DNA from: a virus
IMG/VR virus record: IMGVR_UViG_3300021376_000010
Reading direction: 5' to 3' (one strand)
Length of the DNA stretch: 64,000 bases
The stretch's first letter is position 1. Every line of letters starts with the position of its first letter. Of this stretch, positions 10,516-23,200 are shown in pieces. The notes under the pieces are model-generated. The model was not told the origin of the DNA and did not search any database. It saw only the letters and a program-made list of their open reading frames with translations. A program made the translations under genes and the position numbers.

Positions 10516-10847
10516 ATACTAACTCCAGGAGTAACTAAAAGACTTCCTTGAACAACTCTTGTATTATAATTTGATGGAGATGTAATTACAACATCATAAA
10601 CATATCTTCCTCCTTCCATTAATGAGGTTTCTGTTTTTGCCATTGAAACCATTATCTTTCCCTGTGGTCTATCAGGGAAAGAAATAGTAAATGGGTATGT
10701 TTTTGATGAATATGGACTCTTTTTGATATAACTTATTGCAGTATAGTTGAATAAGTTCAATCTTGAACCATTTTCATTATAAATCGTGAAGGTACTTTGA
10801 AAATCTGTACCTTGTTCTAAAACGAGATTTATAATCTTAGCAGACAT
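10512..10847 (-). CDS. Putative baseplate/tail-associated beta-sandwich protein (111 aa)
   Basis: INLVLEQGTDF..GRYVYDV..RVVQG..VTPGV, a motif set common in T4-like cyanophage structural modules. Confidence 0.6.
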   Translation of the reverse strand: MSAKIINLVLEQGTDFQSTFTIYNENGSRLNLFNYTAISYIKKSPYSSKTYPFTISFPDRPQGKIMVSMAKTETSLMEGGRYVYDVVITSPSNYNTRVVQGSLLVTPGVSI

Positions 10848-10863
10848 TGCAAGAAGTTACTTT

Positions 10864-11067
10864 TTAGTTATTTATTCTTTCTACCAATAATTTTAGGCAA
10901 TCTTTTATTTCTTGGATATCTGATTTTATGTTATCCAATTCTTGCTTTTCTTGTAACTTTCTATTCTTTATTTTCATATACTCATTGTATTCGTGTTCAT
11001 TGCAATTCAAAACTGCATTGGTCTCTTCATCTCTAAAGAGACCATTACTATCTTTTATTGGTATCAT
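10864..11067 (-). CDS. Small coiled-coil hypothetical protein (67 aa)
   Basis: LFRDEETNAVLN motif; overlaps the upstream stop. Confidence 0.7.
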   Translation of the reverse strand: MIPIKDSNGLFRDEETNAVLNCNEHEYNEYMKIKNRKLQEKQELDNIKSDIQEIKDCLKLLVERINN

Positions 11068-14000
11068 AATACTGCGATTGCTCTTAGATCTTTAATTTTT
11101 GGTACAACTGATTGATTTCTTCCTGCCATAATAATTTTTATTTGGAACCCATTGAATAATGGTAGGTCTTTGGCAGTATATTCATAACTTCTATATTCTG
11201 ATTCCGAAGAAGAAGGTAAAACATTGATATCTGGAGTACCATCATTATTTTTTGGATCAATCACATTGCCATTTAAATCTACATTTCTAAAACCAGGGAA
11301 CAATTCAAATAGTTGTTGGTCATCTGGAGTATCAGATCTCAACAAACGATACATTACTATAATTTCATTTGAAACATCTCTATAAGCATCAAAGTAAACT
11401 TTGAGGCTATCTGCACCTTTTTGTAATCTAATTATTTTAGAAATATAAATTGCAGAAGTTGGGTCATCATAAAGACTATTGACTCTAGGATCAGTTACAT
11501 AATTTGCAACTGGTCTATCAAGTCTATTCATTGTTGTAATAATATTAACTCTATCTAAATCTATAATTGGTGAAACTTTAGTATCACTAGTAGAAAGAGT
11601 CATTTCCATAACAAAGGACTTATATCCGAGGTAACTCTGGAGATTTGCAACTTCATTGACCCTTGATGCAATAATTCTTGGATTATCAAAGTAATTATTT
11701 GAGTTCAATGATATTGATTCAAATTCTTTAGCACTGAATGGTAGTTCAGTTCCATTTACACTCTTCCCAGTCACTGTTCTGATTTTTGCATCAAGTGATG
11801 TTGTTTCTGGAAGAAGTGATTGAATATTTGGTCTTAAACTATCAAATTGTATATTTTGAGATGCCTTTGGTCCAGAAATAGTATTTGCTCCAGGAGCAAC
11901 AACATTCAAATCATATGTTCCACCTGTCTTTGTTTCACTAAAGAATAATTTTGGTGGACCAAATCTTCTATCTTTTCCTTTCTCGTCAGTTTTTACTTTA
12001 ACATGATAACTATCAAGAGTGATTGGGTACTTATTGATATCTACATCTGCAAATGAGTGTGTTCGATTTATTCTTCTTAAAGAAATACCATTAAATTCAT
12101 ATTTAAATACTGGAGAACCAGAGAAGTGGTATGGTATAACTGTGACATTAAAAACACCAGGATTGTTAATATCAATTCCTCTAGTTATACCAGTAAGTGT
12201 ATTTGCAGCAGAGTCATATCCAGTGTATCTGATTATTTCATTACTTACCTTGATATATCCTGGATTATCCGATGATACTCCAATATTTTCAAAACTAGTA
12301 AAAATTCCAACGGAAGATACTTGTATACTTCCAGTTGCAGCCTGATTGAAGTCACTTACTAATTTTTGTGGAGGAACATCCGATTCAATTCCATAAAGAG
12401 TAACCATATTATTATCAGAATACATTCCATGATTATTATGATTTACTTTGAAATGCAATCCATCAGTTAAGAGTTCAGAGTAATTTACAAGTCCATTTGA
12501 AATTGTTGATATTCCATTGCTTGGATTTACATAAGAAATCTCATTAGCAACATTCGATGTATTAATTTCATCTTGAACTCGATCTATAATCAATGAATTG
12601 AATGATGAAATGATTCCAACTGAATTTGGGATTGTTAATACCAAGTTTCTACCAAATCCACCAGTTTGACTGCTCGGAACAGTTAATGTATCACCAATAG
12701 CATAACCTGTTCCACCAATAGATACTGTTGCTGCAATTGCAACTCCAGATTGGATAGTCAAATTAACTTTAGCACCAGATCCTCTACCTGATAATGTAGT
12801 TAATGGGAGGTTATTGTATACTCTATTTTCAGTGTATCCAACTCCAGGATTTGTTATGCTGAGGTTTGAGTTAATTCCTACCGCACCTACAATGCTTGAT
12901 AACTTTCCAGAGAAATTAGGATAGTTAGATTGTAATATTGTGGTTCCAGGCACTAAATTAGTAACATCATAAGTAGATAATGTTCCTGAAAGACCGACTA
13001 TAATTTTCTTAGAATATGCAACTATTGGATTTGGTCGTAAAGAAGCAATTTGTCTATTTCCTACACCCAAATCGGGGTTGTAGAATCGGAAGCTTCCAGT
13101 GGTTGAAGTGAATTCTGCTCTATGTAGAATGAATTTTAGATCTTCCAACTGAGATGGTTCCCATGTAGCACCATTTTGTGATTTAAATAATGAACCAAGA
13201 GTTGGTTGCTGGGAAACGATGATTTTTTCTGCCTCTGGTTTGTTAATTGTTGATACATCAACCTCAGTCATTCTCGAAATCCAAACATTATATGAGTTTG
13301 AATTTGAAATTAATACAATAGCATAATCATTGCCACCTTCTAAAAATACTGGAGATGGGAAAGTAAATGTTGTTGAGACAGAAGCATCTTCAGATTTTTG
13401 AATTTGATCTGGATTTAAAACCACTTCACCAAATGGAAGAATTTCCTGTGATGGTAAACCAAGATATGATGTTCTTATCTGTAAAGTTATAGGGATATTT
13501 GCTTCGTCTTTAGTTCTGAAGAAAATTTCACATTTAGTTATGAATACACCATTGTTATCATTTACTTCAAATGTTTGAGCAAGTGGGTCTACCCATCTTC
13601 TCTGAATTACTCTAGTTGATATGACCGATCTATTAGTGAGAGTTGTATTTGCAACAAGTCTATCTTCAGTTTCTGTTAAAGTTCTAGAATCTGTTCTAAT
13701 ATTTCTTTCAATATCAGCATTCCTTACTCTCAAAGTCAAACTTTCTACATTATCTACTGTTCCACTAGAAGTAAAGTTTGCTTCAGCAATACTATCGACG
13801 GAACCACCAACAGTCGAATTTGTTGAACTTGTTGTCAATGCTAATGTTTTTGTTCCAGATTCAAATGTTGGATTTGATGGGATAGTTGGATCTGGAATGA
13901 ATAAAGCACCAATAAATGTTCCAGAAGAATCAGTAACAAGTCTAATGTCTGTTACTGTTGCAATCGCATTACTCAATGCTCCAACTAGTTGCATTGAAGG

Positions 14001-17000
14001 GGCAACAGATCCAAAGAATCTTGAATCTGCTTGGTTTTCTAAACTAGCAGTATCAACATTTAAGATGGTTGTTGTTGATGAATATGAACCAGATAATGAA
14101 CTTGTTGGATTATATGGATTTTCCTTATAGAATTCTGTTGGTTGATTATAAGGTCCATATTTGTGATTTTGCTTAGCAAGTCTAAATGTAATTGCACGAT
14201 TTACCCCAGTAACTGGCATAAATCCAGTTATAGTTTCACCTTCAATAAAGGTTCCGCTGGTCATTCTAACTTCAAGAAGTTTAGGGACCATGAATGTGGT
14301 CATATCCCTATTATCAAAGAATGCGTAGAATCTTGTTGATGGTTTTAATCTTCTTGCCAGAATTTCAATATTTCTAGACCTCATTAAGGTTAGGATTGCT
14401 CTAGACACAACTCTGTCCCCAAGACTGGTTGTATCAAATCTTTCACTGACTCCAAATTGTATACCTTGTCTAGTTTGTTCTGTTCTTGTTGTTACTGTAT
14501 TATTTCTAAATTGAGTTAAGGAATCTTGGAAAATATCAGTAGTTGTAATTACATCGCCAGAAGTTACTGTTGTTGAAGATAATAAAGTTGATGGATTTTG
14601 TATCTGTGTGATTACAGGACCTTCAACGGTTGAGGTTCCTGTCCAGTTTGTTTCCCATGCATTCCAATTAATTGGAGATAGACCAGTATTGGTATCAACT
14701 CCAAGCATTTGAATTGCAGTATTGTAGTTGCCCTCTACATCTTGTGTTCTTTCAGTTCTTCTTGTTTCTATCCAAGTATCTGTAGATGGATTTAATTCAA
14801 TAGTTCCAACCCAACTTGGAGTATTGAATGGGTTTACATTTTCCGATCTAGTTGCAAATCTGTTTTCTGTATAAACTACATCGGTATAATCTAAGCAAAC
14901 AATGTCACCGATACGTTTTACATTTTTAGAACCAAGATCATTGGCAAATCTTAAATCCACATTTGGATTTGATGTTGTTCCAATACCAATGATTGCCTCA
15001 GACCCAAGTATTAAATCAACAGAAGTTGTATAATGCTGAGGTCTTAAAACACCAAGTGCAGTATCAACACTTGCTTTATAAGATTGATTTGAAATATCTC
15101 CACCATAATAAGATTTGAAGTTATCCACAAAAAATCCAGATTTGAATTTATCAAGACCAGTTTGTGGATCCCTGATAGAAAGATTTTTAGTATCTGTTTC
15201 CAACAAAGACAGTGAGCTGTAATATTCTACGTTTGATAATCTATTTTCAAGTCTTGAGATATCTTTCATTGTATATCTCTTATGACTAGAAAGAGAAACT
15301 CTAACATCTTTCATATCATAAAGATATGGTGGATAGTAGAATGTTGCAATCTCTAGAGCAGAATCTAAATTATTTGGTGCCTTTGGAAAATTTGATGAAA
15401 CACCATTGTTAATGACGAATGTTCCTTCTTTAGTTAGGAATAATTTATCTATTCTTGGTAGATAATAATTGTAAGAAAGGTTTATTATCCTATCTTTGGT
15501 TAAAATATGATTCGATGCGTTTGCATTCAATGAAAATCTTCTGGATGAATATTCAAAAGGAGATTTTGTAGCAGTCAAAACATCAAATTGTGAAACTCTT
15601 GGTCTTAAATCGATAATATCAGTGTTTCTATACCCGTCAATAATTGGGACATCTTTACTGTATCTATCCTTATCAAATGAATCCGCAGAAACAAAGTCAC
15701 CAGGGTCAGAAGAATTAATTGTATAATGGTTGAATATAACTTTTATTTTTTTAGTTGGTGATGAAACTTCTTTTTTTCTAATTATTCTCGAATAATCATA
15801 ATACTCTGGTCTCTGACCATTATCCAAAATATAATTATCTTTAATATTTTTATCACCAATAGAAACCGCATTAATAGTACCAGAGATATTAGTCTCTGAA
15901 GACGTTACTCTTTCACCTAATGAAAATCTATTTTCATTTAAGTAGACAATCTCAATGCTGTTTACTCCATCATTTCCTACATAAGAAGCAACGGCACCAC
16001 TAGTGCTTCCAATTATTCTCTCACCTTTAATAAAATTATTTAAACTTGAATTTAGAGATGTAAAATAAATTCTAGGTAGTGATGGTTCTGATGTTGCCGA
16101 AGATTCATAAATTCCAAGAATATTAACCACATCTGGAACATTTAAAGATATTGTTTTATCTTGAACTCTAAGACCATATGGTTTTCTATATGTAAGTCCA
16201 TCATTTAATGTGGTTTTCCCAATTCCAGATGAAACTAGTGATGAACCATCAATAACTATGCTTGAGCATCTATTGAATAGTTTTTTCTTTAATTTTGTAT
16301 TTACTTTTTTGTATGTTACCGTTAGTATTGCTTGACCATTTTGACTTAAATTGACTAAACTAACTGTTCTTCCAGAAACATATACTTTTTGATTATCCAA
16401 AGACTCTATGTTTCCATTTAAAACATATGAAAGACTATAATCCTCTTCATCGAATGGTTCTAAATTTAAATCAACATTTGTTTCCAAATTACCATTAAAT
16501 GAATTGTTAACTACTGTTACAATATACGATTTTCTTATAGAAATATCCGATGAACTTAGATCTAAATTGGAAATATTATTATTTCCAATTTTAGCATACA
16601 AAAATGCATTAGAGGTATTTAAAACATCTAATGTTACTTTTTTGAAATCATTAGCAGTAATCACAGCAGAAGGCAATGTTCCATCAGAAACACCAGGAAC
16701 TGTGTTAGTTGGTATCAGGATTAGTTTTTTCTCTGAAGTATTAATACTTACAACTTCATTATATGTTGGTACAACATTCCCTTGCTTTGTATAAGAAACA
16801 ATATCCCCAGTTTTTATGCCAACATAAAAATTGTTGGTTGAAGTTGTTACTGTACTGATTCCTGATGTCCCACTAGTAATGGTATATTGGACACCAGATT
16901 CTGTTAGGGATATTTTTTTGTTTAAAATTGGGTCAGCAGTAAAAGATCCAATTCCAGCAGCAGTGTTTATACCAACAATTTGATGGACATCTGTTAAATT

Positions 17001-18614
17001 ATAATCTCTAACTCTTGTTATGACTCTTCCATCTTCTATACCATCAATGATTAGACCTTCATCTTGCTTGAAAGAACCAGAAACTTGATATAATTTAACT
17101 ATGTTTGAATTGATTACATCAGAAACAACATATCCACTGGAAGAACTATTTTTACCTTCAATAAATGTAGACTCACTTAAAGTTATTGAAGCACTTAACT
17201 CTATGACTGTGTATGTCTGAATGTCATATAGTGAACAATCAAATTCACTTAAAGTATTCGCATATCCAGCATTCCTTAGTTTTAAATCATAAACTCTTGC
17301 AACACCAATCTTTTCTCCAGATGAAAGACCAGGAGTTTGTGTTCTCCTAGAATAAAGAGAAATTTGAGATGTAGATCCAAAACCAACAGGAAGAGACCCA
17401 AAAACATTATTTACTAAGATTTGTCTACCAACACTAAATGGTATAGATTGATTAACTACTTTTTCTGTTGTTCTTGGTTTTTGGAAATCCACAATAGTGG
17501 TATCAATAGTTTCAATATCATATCCTCTTACAACTGCTTTTCCTGGAGAAACTAAGATACAACCTACAGAATCATTTGGAACATTGCCTTGCTTTGTCTG
17601 TTGATTCTCTACAAACAAACCATTATTTCCAATTTGATCATTCAAAGATTCTTTTATTGAAATGTTGAATGGTCTTACATAGTAATCACCAGACTCATCA
17701 TAAGTCCTTCTTGCTAGTTCATCCTTGATTAAATCATAATTAGTAGTTTTAACAAATTTTTGTAGAACACCCCTTTCTACACGCAGCAATTCTACAAAAT
17801 TCTCATCATTAAAATCACTTAATTCTTTCTTAATTAAAGTTACATCAAATTTTAATCTATCTGCACCAGGTGCAGAAAAGTTAGAAAATCCTTGAGCATT
17901 ATCAAACAAATCATTATACGAGTTTGATGCTACTGCTAATTCTTCATTAATAAGTAACCCGACTCTATATGAAGGTGAATTTGAGTATTGGTCTAATATT
18001 ACAGTCTGTGGTTCTACAGTCACAAAGAAACCACGAATAAAATATACACCAGATGCTATTTTTGCTGCAGAACCAATAGCAGTTGAATTTGAAATAATTG
18101 AAGTAGCAAAAGAAGATCCGCTTCTGATAGCAGAAATTCCATAAGTTATATCATTAACTGCTAGTAAATTTTCACCATCAATAAATGTATTGGTTGAAAA
18201 GTTAGTGTCACTTGAACTTTGGTACTTAATATAAAGAGTATAATTTTTCCTGTCTGAAGTTGAATTTGAAATATAATTTTCTACTTTTGCGGTTACACCA
18301 CTTGATTCACCCTTAATCAATTTTCCAACTAAACTACTAATATACAAAGATACTGGTATCCCAAGATGTGTTTCATCAATTTGGACACAAGTATAATTTG
18401 AATCATAAGAAATTTGTCCAGGAATAACCATTGCACCTTCTTTAAAAAAGTGCTGTCCAAACTTTTCAATCTGATTCTGGAGAATTGTTTGTAATGTTGT
18501 TAATTCTCTTGCTTGTATTGGAGTTGCTGGTTTAAATAGAACTCTTTGATAATTTTTCTTTGGATCAAAATCATCAAAGTATGGAGATACATTTAAATTA
18601 GTATTCTGAGGCAT
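11064..18614 (-). CDS. Large virion structural protein, DUF4815/VrlC-like (2516 aa)
   Basis: MPQNTNLNVSPYFDDFD..QARELTTLQ, ARRTYDESGDY, FKSGFFVDNF and DPLAQTF motifs; position after gp8. Confidence 0.85.
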   Translation of the reverse strand: MPQNTNLNVSPYFDDFDPKKNYQRVLFKPATPIQARELTTLQTILQNQIEKFGQHFFKEGAMVIPGQISYDSNYTCVQIDETHLGIPVSLYISSLVGKLIKGESSGVTAKVENYISNSTSDRKNYTLYIKYQSSSDTNFSTNTFIDGENLLAVNDITYGISAIRSGSSFATSIISNSTAIGSAAKIASGVYFIRGFFVTVEPQTVILDQYSNSPSYRVGLLINEELAVASNSYNDLFDNAQGFSNFSAPGADRLKFDVTLIKKELSDFNDENFVELLRVERGVLQKFVKTTNYDLIKDELARRTYDESGDYYVRPFNISIKESLNDQIGNNGLFVENQQTKQGNVPNDSVGCILVSPGKAVVRGYDIETIDTTIVDFQKPRTTEKVVNQSIPFSVGRQILVNNVFGSLPVGFGSTSQISLYSRRTQTPGLSSGEKIGVARVYDLKLRNAGYANTLSEFDCSLYDIQTYTVIELSASITLSESTFIEGKNSSSSGYVVSDVINSNIVKLYQVSGSFKQDEGLIIDGIEDGRVITRVRDYNLTDVHQIVGINTAAGIGSFTADPILNKKISLTESGVQYTITSGTSGISTVTTSTNNFYVGIKTGDIVSYTKQGNVVPTYNEVVSINTSEKKLILIPTNTVPGVSDGTLPSAVITANDFKKVTLDVLNTSNAFLYAKIGNNNISNLDLSSSDISIRKSYIVTVVNNSFNGNLETNVDLNLEPFDEEDYSLSYVLNGNIESLDNQKVYVSGRTVSLVNLSQNGQAILTVTYKKVNTKLKKKLFNRCSSIVIDGSSLVSSGIGKTTLNDGLTYRKPYGLRVQDKTISLNVPDVVNILGIYESSATSEPSLPRIYFTSLNSSLNNFIKGERIIGSTSGAVASYVGNDGVNSIEIVYLNENRFSLGERVTSSETNISGTINAVSIGDKNIKDNYILDNGQRPEYYDYSRIIRKKEVSSPTKKIKVIFNHYTINSSDPGDFVSADSFDKDRYSKDVPIIDGYRNTDIIDLRPRVSQFDVLTATKSPFEYSSRRFSLNANASNHILTKDRIINLSYNYYLPRIDKLFLTKEGTFVINNGVSSNFPKAPNNLDSALEIATFYYPPYLYDMKDVRVSLSSHKRYTMKDISRLENRLSNVEYYSSLSLLETDTKNLSIRDPQTGLDKFKSGFFVDNFKSYYGGDISNQSYKASVDTALGVLRPQHYTTSVDLILGSEAIIGIGTTSNPNVDLRFANDLGSKNVKRIGDIVCLDYTDVVYTENRFATRSENVNPFNTPSWVGTIELNPSTDTWIETRRTERTQDVEGNYNTAIQMLGVDTNTGLSPINWNAWETNWTGTSTVEGPVITQIQNPSTLLSSTTVTSGDVITTTDIFQDSLTQFRNNTVTTRTEQTRQGIQFGVSERFDTTSLGDRVVSRAILTLMRSRNIEILARRLKPSTRFYAFFDNRDMTTFMVPKLLEVRMTSGTFIEGETITGFMPVTGVNRAITFRLAKQNHKYGPYNQPTEFYKENPYNPTSSLSGSYSSTTTILNVDTASLENQADSRFFGSVAPSMQLVGALSNAIATVTDIRLVTDSSGTFIGALFIPDPTIPSNPTFESGTKTLALTTSSTNSTVGGSVDSIAEANFTSSGTVDNVESLTLRVRNADIERNIRTDSRTLTETEDRLVANTTLTNRSVISTRVIQRRWVDPLAQTFEVNDNNGVFITKCEIFFRTKDEANIPITLQIRTSYLGLPSQEILPFGEVVLNPDQIQKSEDASVSTTFTFPSPVFLEGGNDYAIVLISNSNSYNVWISRMTEVDVSTINKPEAEKIIVSQQPTLGSLFKSQNGATWEPSQLEDLKFILHRAEFTSTTGSFRFYNPDLGVGNRQIASLRPNPIVAYSKKIIVGLSGTLSTYDVTNLVPGTTILQSNYPNFSGKLSSIVGAVGINSNLSITNPGVGYTENRVYNNLPLTTLSGRGSGAKVNLTIQSGVAIAATVSIGGTGYAIGDTLTVPSSQTGGFGRNLVLTIPNSVGIISSFNSLIIDRVQDEINTSNVANEISYVNPSNGISTISNGLVNYSELLTDGLHFKVNHNNHGMYSDNNMVTLYGIESDVPPQKLVSDFNQAATGSIQVSSVGIFTSFENIGVSSDNPGYIKVSNEIIRYTGYDSAANTLTGITRGIDINNPGVFNVTVIPYHFSGSPVFKYEFNGISLRRINRTHSFADVDINKYPITLDSYHVKVKTDEKGKDRRFGPPKLFFSETKTGGTYDLNVVAPGANTISGPKASQNIQFDSLRPNIQSLLPETTSLDAKIRTVTGKSVNGTELPFSAKEFESISLNSNNYFDNPRIIASRVNEVANLQSYLGYKSFVMEMTLSTSDTKVSPIIDLDRVNIITTMNRLDRPVANYVTDPRVNSLYDDPTSAIYISKIIRLQKGADSLKVYFDAYRDVSNEIIVMYRLLRSDTPDDQQLFELFPGFRNVDLNGNVIDPKNNDGTPDINVLPSSSESEYRSYEYTAKDLPLFNGFQIKIIMAGRNQSVVPKIKDLRAIAVL

Positions 18615-18620
18615 TTTTCT

Positions 18621-20186
18621 TTAGAACTCCAATACGATTTTAATATCTTCTTTTTGACTTGCTGATCTTGGAATTGCCTTTCTGTTATCGATATAAATTA
18701 TATCACCAGATTTTTTGTTATACTCTGCCGATGATATTCCAGCAACAAAATTGCTTCCCAACTGGTATGTCCTACTATTTATTACTGTACTAATACCCGT
18801 AAAGTTTCTATCAATTGATAATGCTGGACCAACAATATTGGGACAATCTATTGTATATGAACCACCAGCAATAGCAGATGATGTAAACCCATAGATTTTA
18901 TATCCAACACCGACTGTTGCAAGACCAACTGGTTGGTAATATTTTAAAACACCAGTTACATTATCCCAGGAAGCAACAAATCCAATTGCTGTCAATCCTG
19001 TCCCAATTGTTTGTCTAATTACAGAGTCTACTGGATATGTAGTTTGAGTTGTTAAACCAGAAAGTTTTATGGAATTCAAAGCGCTTACCTGTCCCAAACT
19101 TAGTCTTTCTGTATCACTACCAAAAATTGTTGGATTTTTTATAATCCCAATTCTAGCAAAGTCGTTTCCAAGAATAATATCTGGATTTTGTTCATCGGTT
19201 AAATATCTGGAATAAACTAATACTCGATGTGCTCCAAGTTCCCTGTAAATATTATATCCATGTCCTCCTTTTGGTGGAATAATGACATCAAATGTTGCAA
19301 TCCTTCCATCATTCGACAATTCTGATGGAATTCCAGGAGCACCAGGTTGAAATTTGATAATTCCTCTTGTGTATCCAGATCCACCATCTGTAACAAAGAC
19401 TTCCGATACTTTTCCAAAAGAATCTACTGTTATTGTTGCTTTTCCTCCAACTCCATCACCAAGGATGGGAATATTTGTAAATGATTTTGAAATTGGTTGA
19501 TAATTTATTCCTCTATCCGTAATTGTAACAATCTCGACTTTACCATTAACGGCATTATTTTTTGTTGCAATTGTTTCACCAACTTCTCCCCAACTTTCTG
19601 GAACTGGAATGAATTCGATAGAATCAAATTTTACAATTTCAGATGGTTTAATGGTGAATAGATATTTCCAAATATACCCATCACCACTTGTTCCTGCTGG
19701 TCTTGCCTCTAAGTCAATAAATACTGGTTGGTCAAATGATGGTCTTCCCTTTGGGTTTTCTGGATCAGTTCCATTTTGAAGACAAATATAGACTCTAAAA
19801 TCTTCATTAATTACATAAAAATTTGATTCATATAAACTTGGTTGATTTGTTACTGGAGTTTTCTTATAAATTGAATAATCATGTCTGTACATTTCATATG
19901 TTGTTCCAGAAGTCCACTGGACTTTTCTAATCATCCTCCTCACATCATCATTTGTAATTTTTTTCATAGCAATGATGGTTTCTTTGACCTGATTTTCTTC
20001 GTCAAATCCGTCCAATGGAGTCAATCCATCACCCCAAATAGCAGATCCACCTGCCTGTGGATTTAGACTATTTGGTTGACCAATAAAGGTATAATAATTA
20101 TTTGCAGTATTACCAACTGAAACTAGACTTTTCACAAAAGTTTCAGCATTCATCACCCTAAATTGTTCAGTTATGATAGCAGGCAT
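18621..20186 (-). CDS. gp8: Baseplate wedge subunit gp8
   Basis: MPAIITEQFR start, VYICLQNG, DGYIWKYLFTI, SGDIIYIDNR..QKEDIKIVLEF. Confidence 0.9.
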   Translation of the reverse strand: MPAIITEQFRVMNAETFVKSLVSVGNTANNYYTFIGQPNSLNPQAGGSAIWGDGLTPLDGFDEENQVKETIIAMKKITNDDVRRMIRKVQWTSGTTYEMYRHDYSIYKKTPVTNQPSLYESNFYVINEDFRVYICLQNGTDPENPKGRPSFDQPVFIDLEARPAGTSGDGYIWKYLFTIKPSEIVKFDSIEFIPVPESWGEVGETIATKNNAVNGKVEIVTITDRGINYQPISKSFTNIPILGDGVGGKATITVDSFGKVSEVFVTDGGSGYTRGIIKFQPGAPGIPSELSNDGRIATFDVIIPPKGGHGYNIYRELGAHRVLVYSRYLTDEQNPDIILGNDFARIGIIKNPTIFGSDTERLSLGQVSALNSIKLSGLTTQTTYPVDSVIRQTIGTGLTAIGFVASWDNVTGVLKYYQPVGLATVGVGYKIYGFTSSAIAGGSYTIDCPNIVGPALSIDRNFTGISTVINSRTYQLGSNFVAGISSAEYNKKSGDIIYIDNRKAIPRSASQKEDIKIVLEF

Positions 20187-20216
20187 TTTATACAACCGTT
20201 TTTTCTTTATTTAGTT

Positions 20217-23200
20217 CTATTTTAGTCCACGAGTTCTATATACGTCTGGAGCAGTCGATAATCCAATCAATCCATTATTAGTGTTTACAGGGAAATTTCT
20301 TGGTTGGAATCTTGTTCTATTTTGGAAATCATAGATTTTACCCCAAGTGTATTTTCCATAAATTCCATTTTCATTGGTGTTAGTATCTACTTGAATCGGA
20401 ATGTTTCCTGGTCCAGTTGTAAAGTAGCATCTTACCGTAACTATTCCAGAAACAGCAGGTGAAACTGTACCAACTCTATAAACACCATCAAGATAAGAAG
20501 TTGCAGTTCCAACTCTTGATGCTGGATAATTGTTCATTCCTCCCATTGAAGTGGTAATTCCAGTTAATGCATGACCAACTGTGGAATTACTATTGTAAAT
20601 CACAAAATAATCATCCACTTCCAATTGACTATTTGTTACTCCAAATGTATTCAGTGAGGAATAACCAATACCTAAAGTCACATTATCATATTGTTCACTC
20701 TTCAGCACAAAATCAATATGGGTAACACCAACACCAACATAAGTAATTACACCAAAATCACCTTTAGATTTGATTGAATATATCTTTTCACTGACTGAAT
20801 CATTACCTTCAAGAAGAACTGGTGGGGGAGTTGATTGAGAATAACCAAATCCAGGATTTACGACCTGAATTGAAGATACAGCACCAGTTGTTACTGTAGA
20901 AACTCCTGTTGCCCTATTGTAAATTGGTTCTGCATACATTGTGGTTCCAGAAGTTCCAACGAGTAAATACCTACCTTCCTCAGCAATAATTGGTCCAATT
21001 GGTCTTATTTCTGGAGGCAATGGAGCAGGTATGAATGCGAGATCTTTTACTACATTATTTTGGTTTGTTACCCTTTGTGTCCAATATTGTAAATCCAATG
21101 AGAATAATAATTGATTTGTTCCAGTTAAAGCGACATATACCCCATACTCGTATTTTATATTGATTAGGTCATCTGATATATTTGGAATTATTCTTTCCCA
21201 ACCAGTATTTCCAATTCTAGAGACAAAAATTGTTGCATTTTGACCAACAGCAACAAATTGAGTTCCTGTCCATATAATTTTTTCAAAATTTCTGGTTGTT
21301 GGTAAAGAAACGATTCTATCCCAAATATTCCCATCAGTAGAATGAATAATTGTTCCACTATCACCAACTACAACAAATCGTGCATTATTGTTGGCAACAC
21401 CATTTAGATTGGTAAAGACTGGTGGATTTTTCTTAAAGAATGCGGTAGTTCCTATTCCTACACCAGTAAATAGACCAGTTCCGTCACCAACTGCAACAGC
21501 AGTTCTTCTTAATGAAGAATAACTAACATCATTAAATGTATTATAATAACTACTAAAGTTGATGATAGGATTTGGAAGTCCAACAACAACTTGCTCTTCA
21601 AGTAACTTTATTTCTGTCCATGCAGATAAAGTGGTATTAATACCAACTGAGGTTACAATCTTTGCGAATTCACCAACAACATAATAACGATTAGATTCTG
21701 CAACAGATACAGAGTTGAAGGATATTGTCTGTCCATAACCTATGGATGATTGAGACCATTTTATTCCATTCGTAGATATTGCGACTACTCCACTTGAACC
21801 AACAGAAATAATTGGGTTTCCGATTGCAATCTTATTTAAGGTATATGAGGAAGAGATTCCATTATTTGAACCCTTCCAATTATAAATTGGGTCTTTTCTT
21901 TGTATAAATGCAGAAGATATTGCAACAATTGGATTCGTTAATGTATTATAACCAGTTCCTGCATATGAAACAGATAGACTCGAAATTGTTGATGCAGAAG
22001 AAACAATAGCAGTAGATATTGCTGGTTGAATATCAGTTACATCTACAATGATAATATCTCTTAAGTTCTCACTCAGCAAATCAACTTCACTGAAAAGTGG
22101 GAATGCATTATTGACATATATCTTCTCATCTTCAGAGAAAACATTTGTAATTAACTTTGTATTTGGAGTTACTCTTGATTTCAAGTCTGGTCTAGATTTG
22201 GAATACAAGACACCATTAATAATTCTATCTACAGTTTGTTTTGCCCATCTCAATGGTCTTTCTTTTGTTACATCGGTGTTTATACCAATGCTATCATAAG
22301 TAAATGTATCTAAAGCATCAGAAGATATAATCTTTTTGACAATTCTCTCAAATTGGGGTCTATCACCAGGATCTAAAATGTTTTCACCAATTTGTATAGT
22401 ATCACCTTCTTTTATTGTTTTTGGTGGGTCAATCTGTTCAACATCCAAGTCAGACCCTCTAAAGAATAGTATAGTACATTTTGAATTCTCTTTTGGTGCT
22501 TCAGTGAAAGTAAGTCTAGATCCATTAAATGTGTATGATTTTACTGGTTCCTGTAATACATCATTTATAAGCACAAATAGATTATTTTCAATCTGAACAT
22601 CTGTGCTAGGGTCAGATTTTAGGCTCAATACTTCTGTTGTTCCACCTTGGGTTATAGTCAGTGTGAATTTTTTCTTTGAACCAGTAAAGTATTTTGATAT
22701 ATCATCAAATTGTATAAATTGACCTGGATAGAAACCACTAAACTTATCTGTTAGTGTTTCTTCTACTGTAATTCTAAACTCACTGAATCCAATTCCAATT
22801 GATGGATTTGTTGTTACACCAACAACTTTTAACACATCACCTACCTTATAATATAATCCTGGTTCTTCAATAACAAATTCAATTACATTTCCTTGATTTC
22901 CCACAGTAATTGATGCCTTTGCCCCAAATCCATTTCCTGCTGAACCAGAAATATACTCTAAAGGCAAATCACTATAACTTGATGGAATTCCAATTGATAC
23001 TCTTGGAACTGGTGATGTCGTATATCCAGTTCCTGGATTGACAATAGAAATAGAAGTAATAGTTCCTCCAGTTCCTATTGTTGCAACTAAAGATGCACCA
23101 ATGCCAACATTTGATAAAATTTGAATTTTTGGGGGTCTTCTATATCCACTACCAAAACCTTTTATAGTTACTGCCGATATTGTTCCCGCAGCAGAAACTG

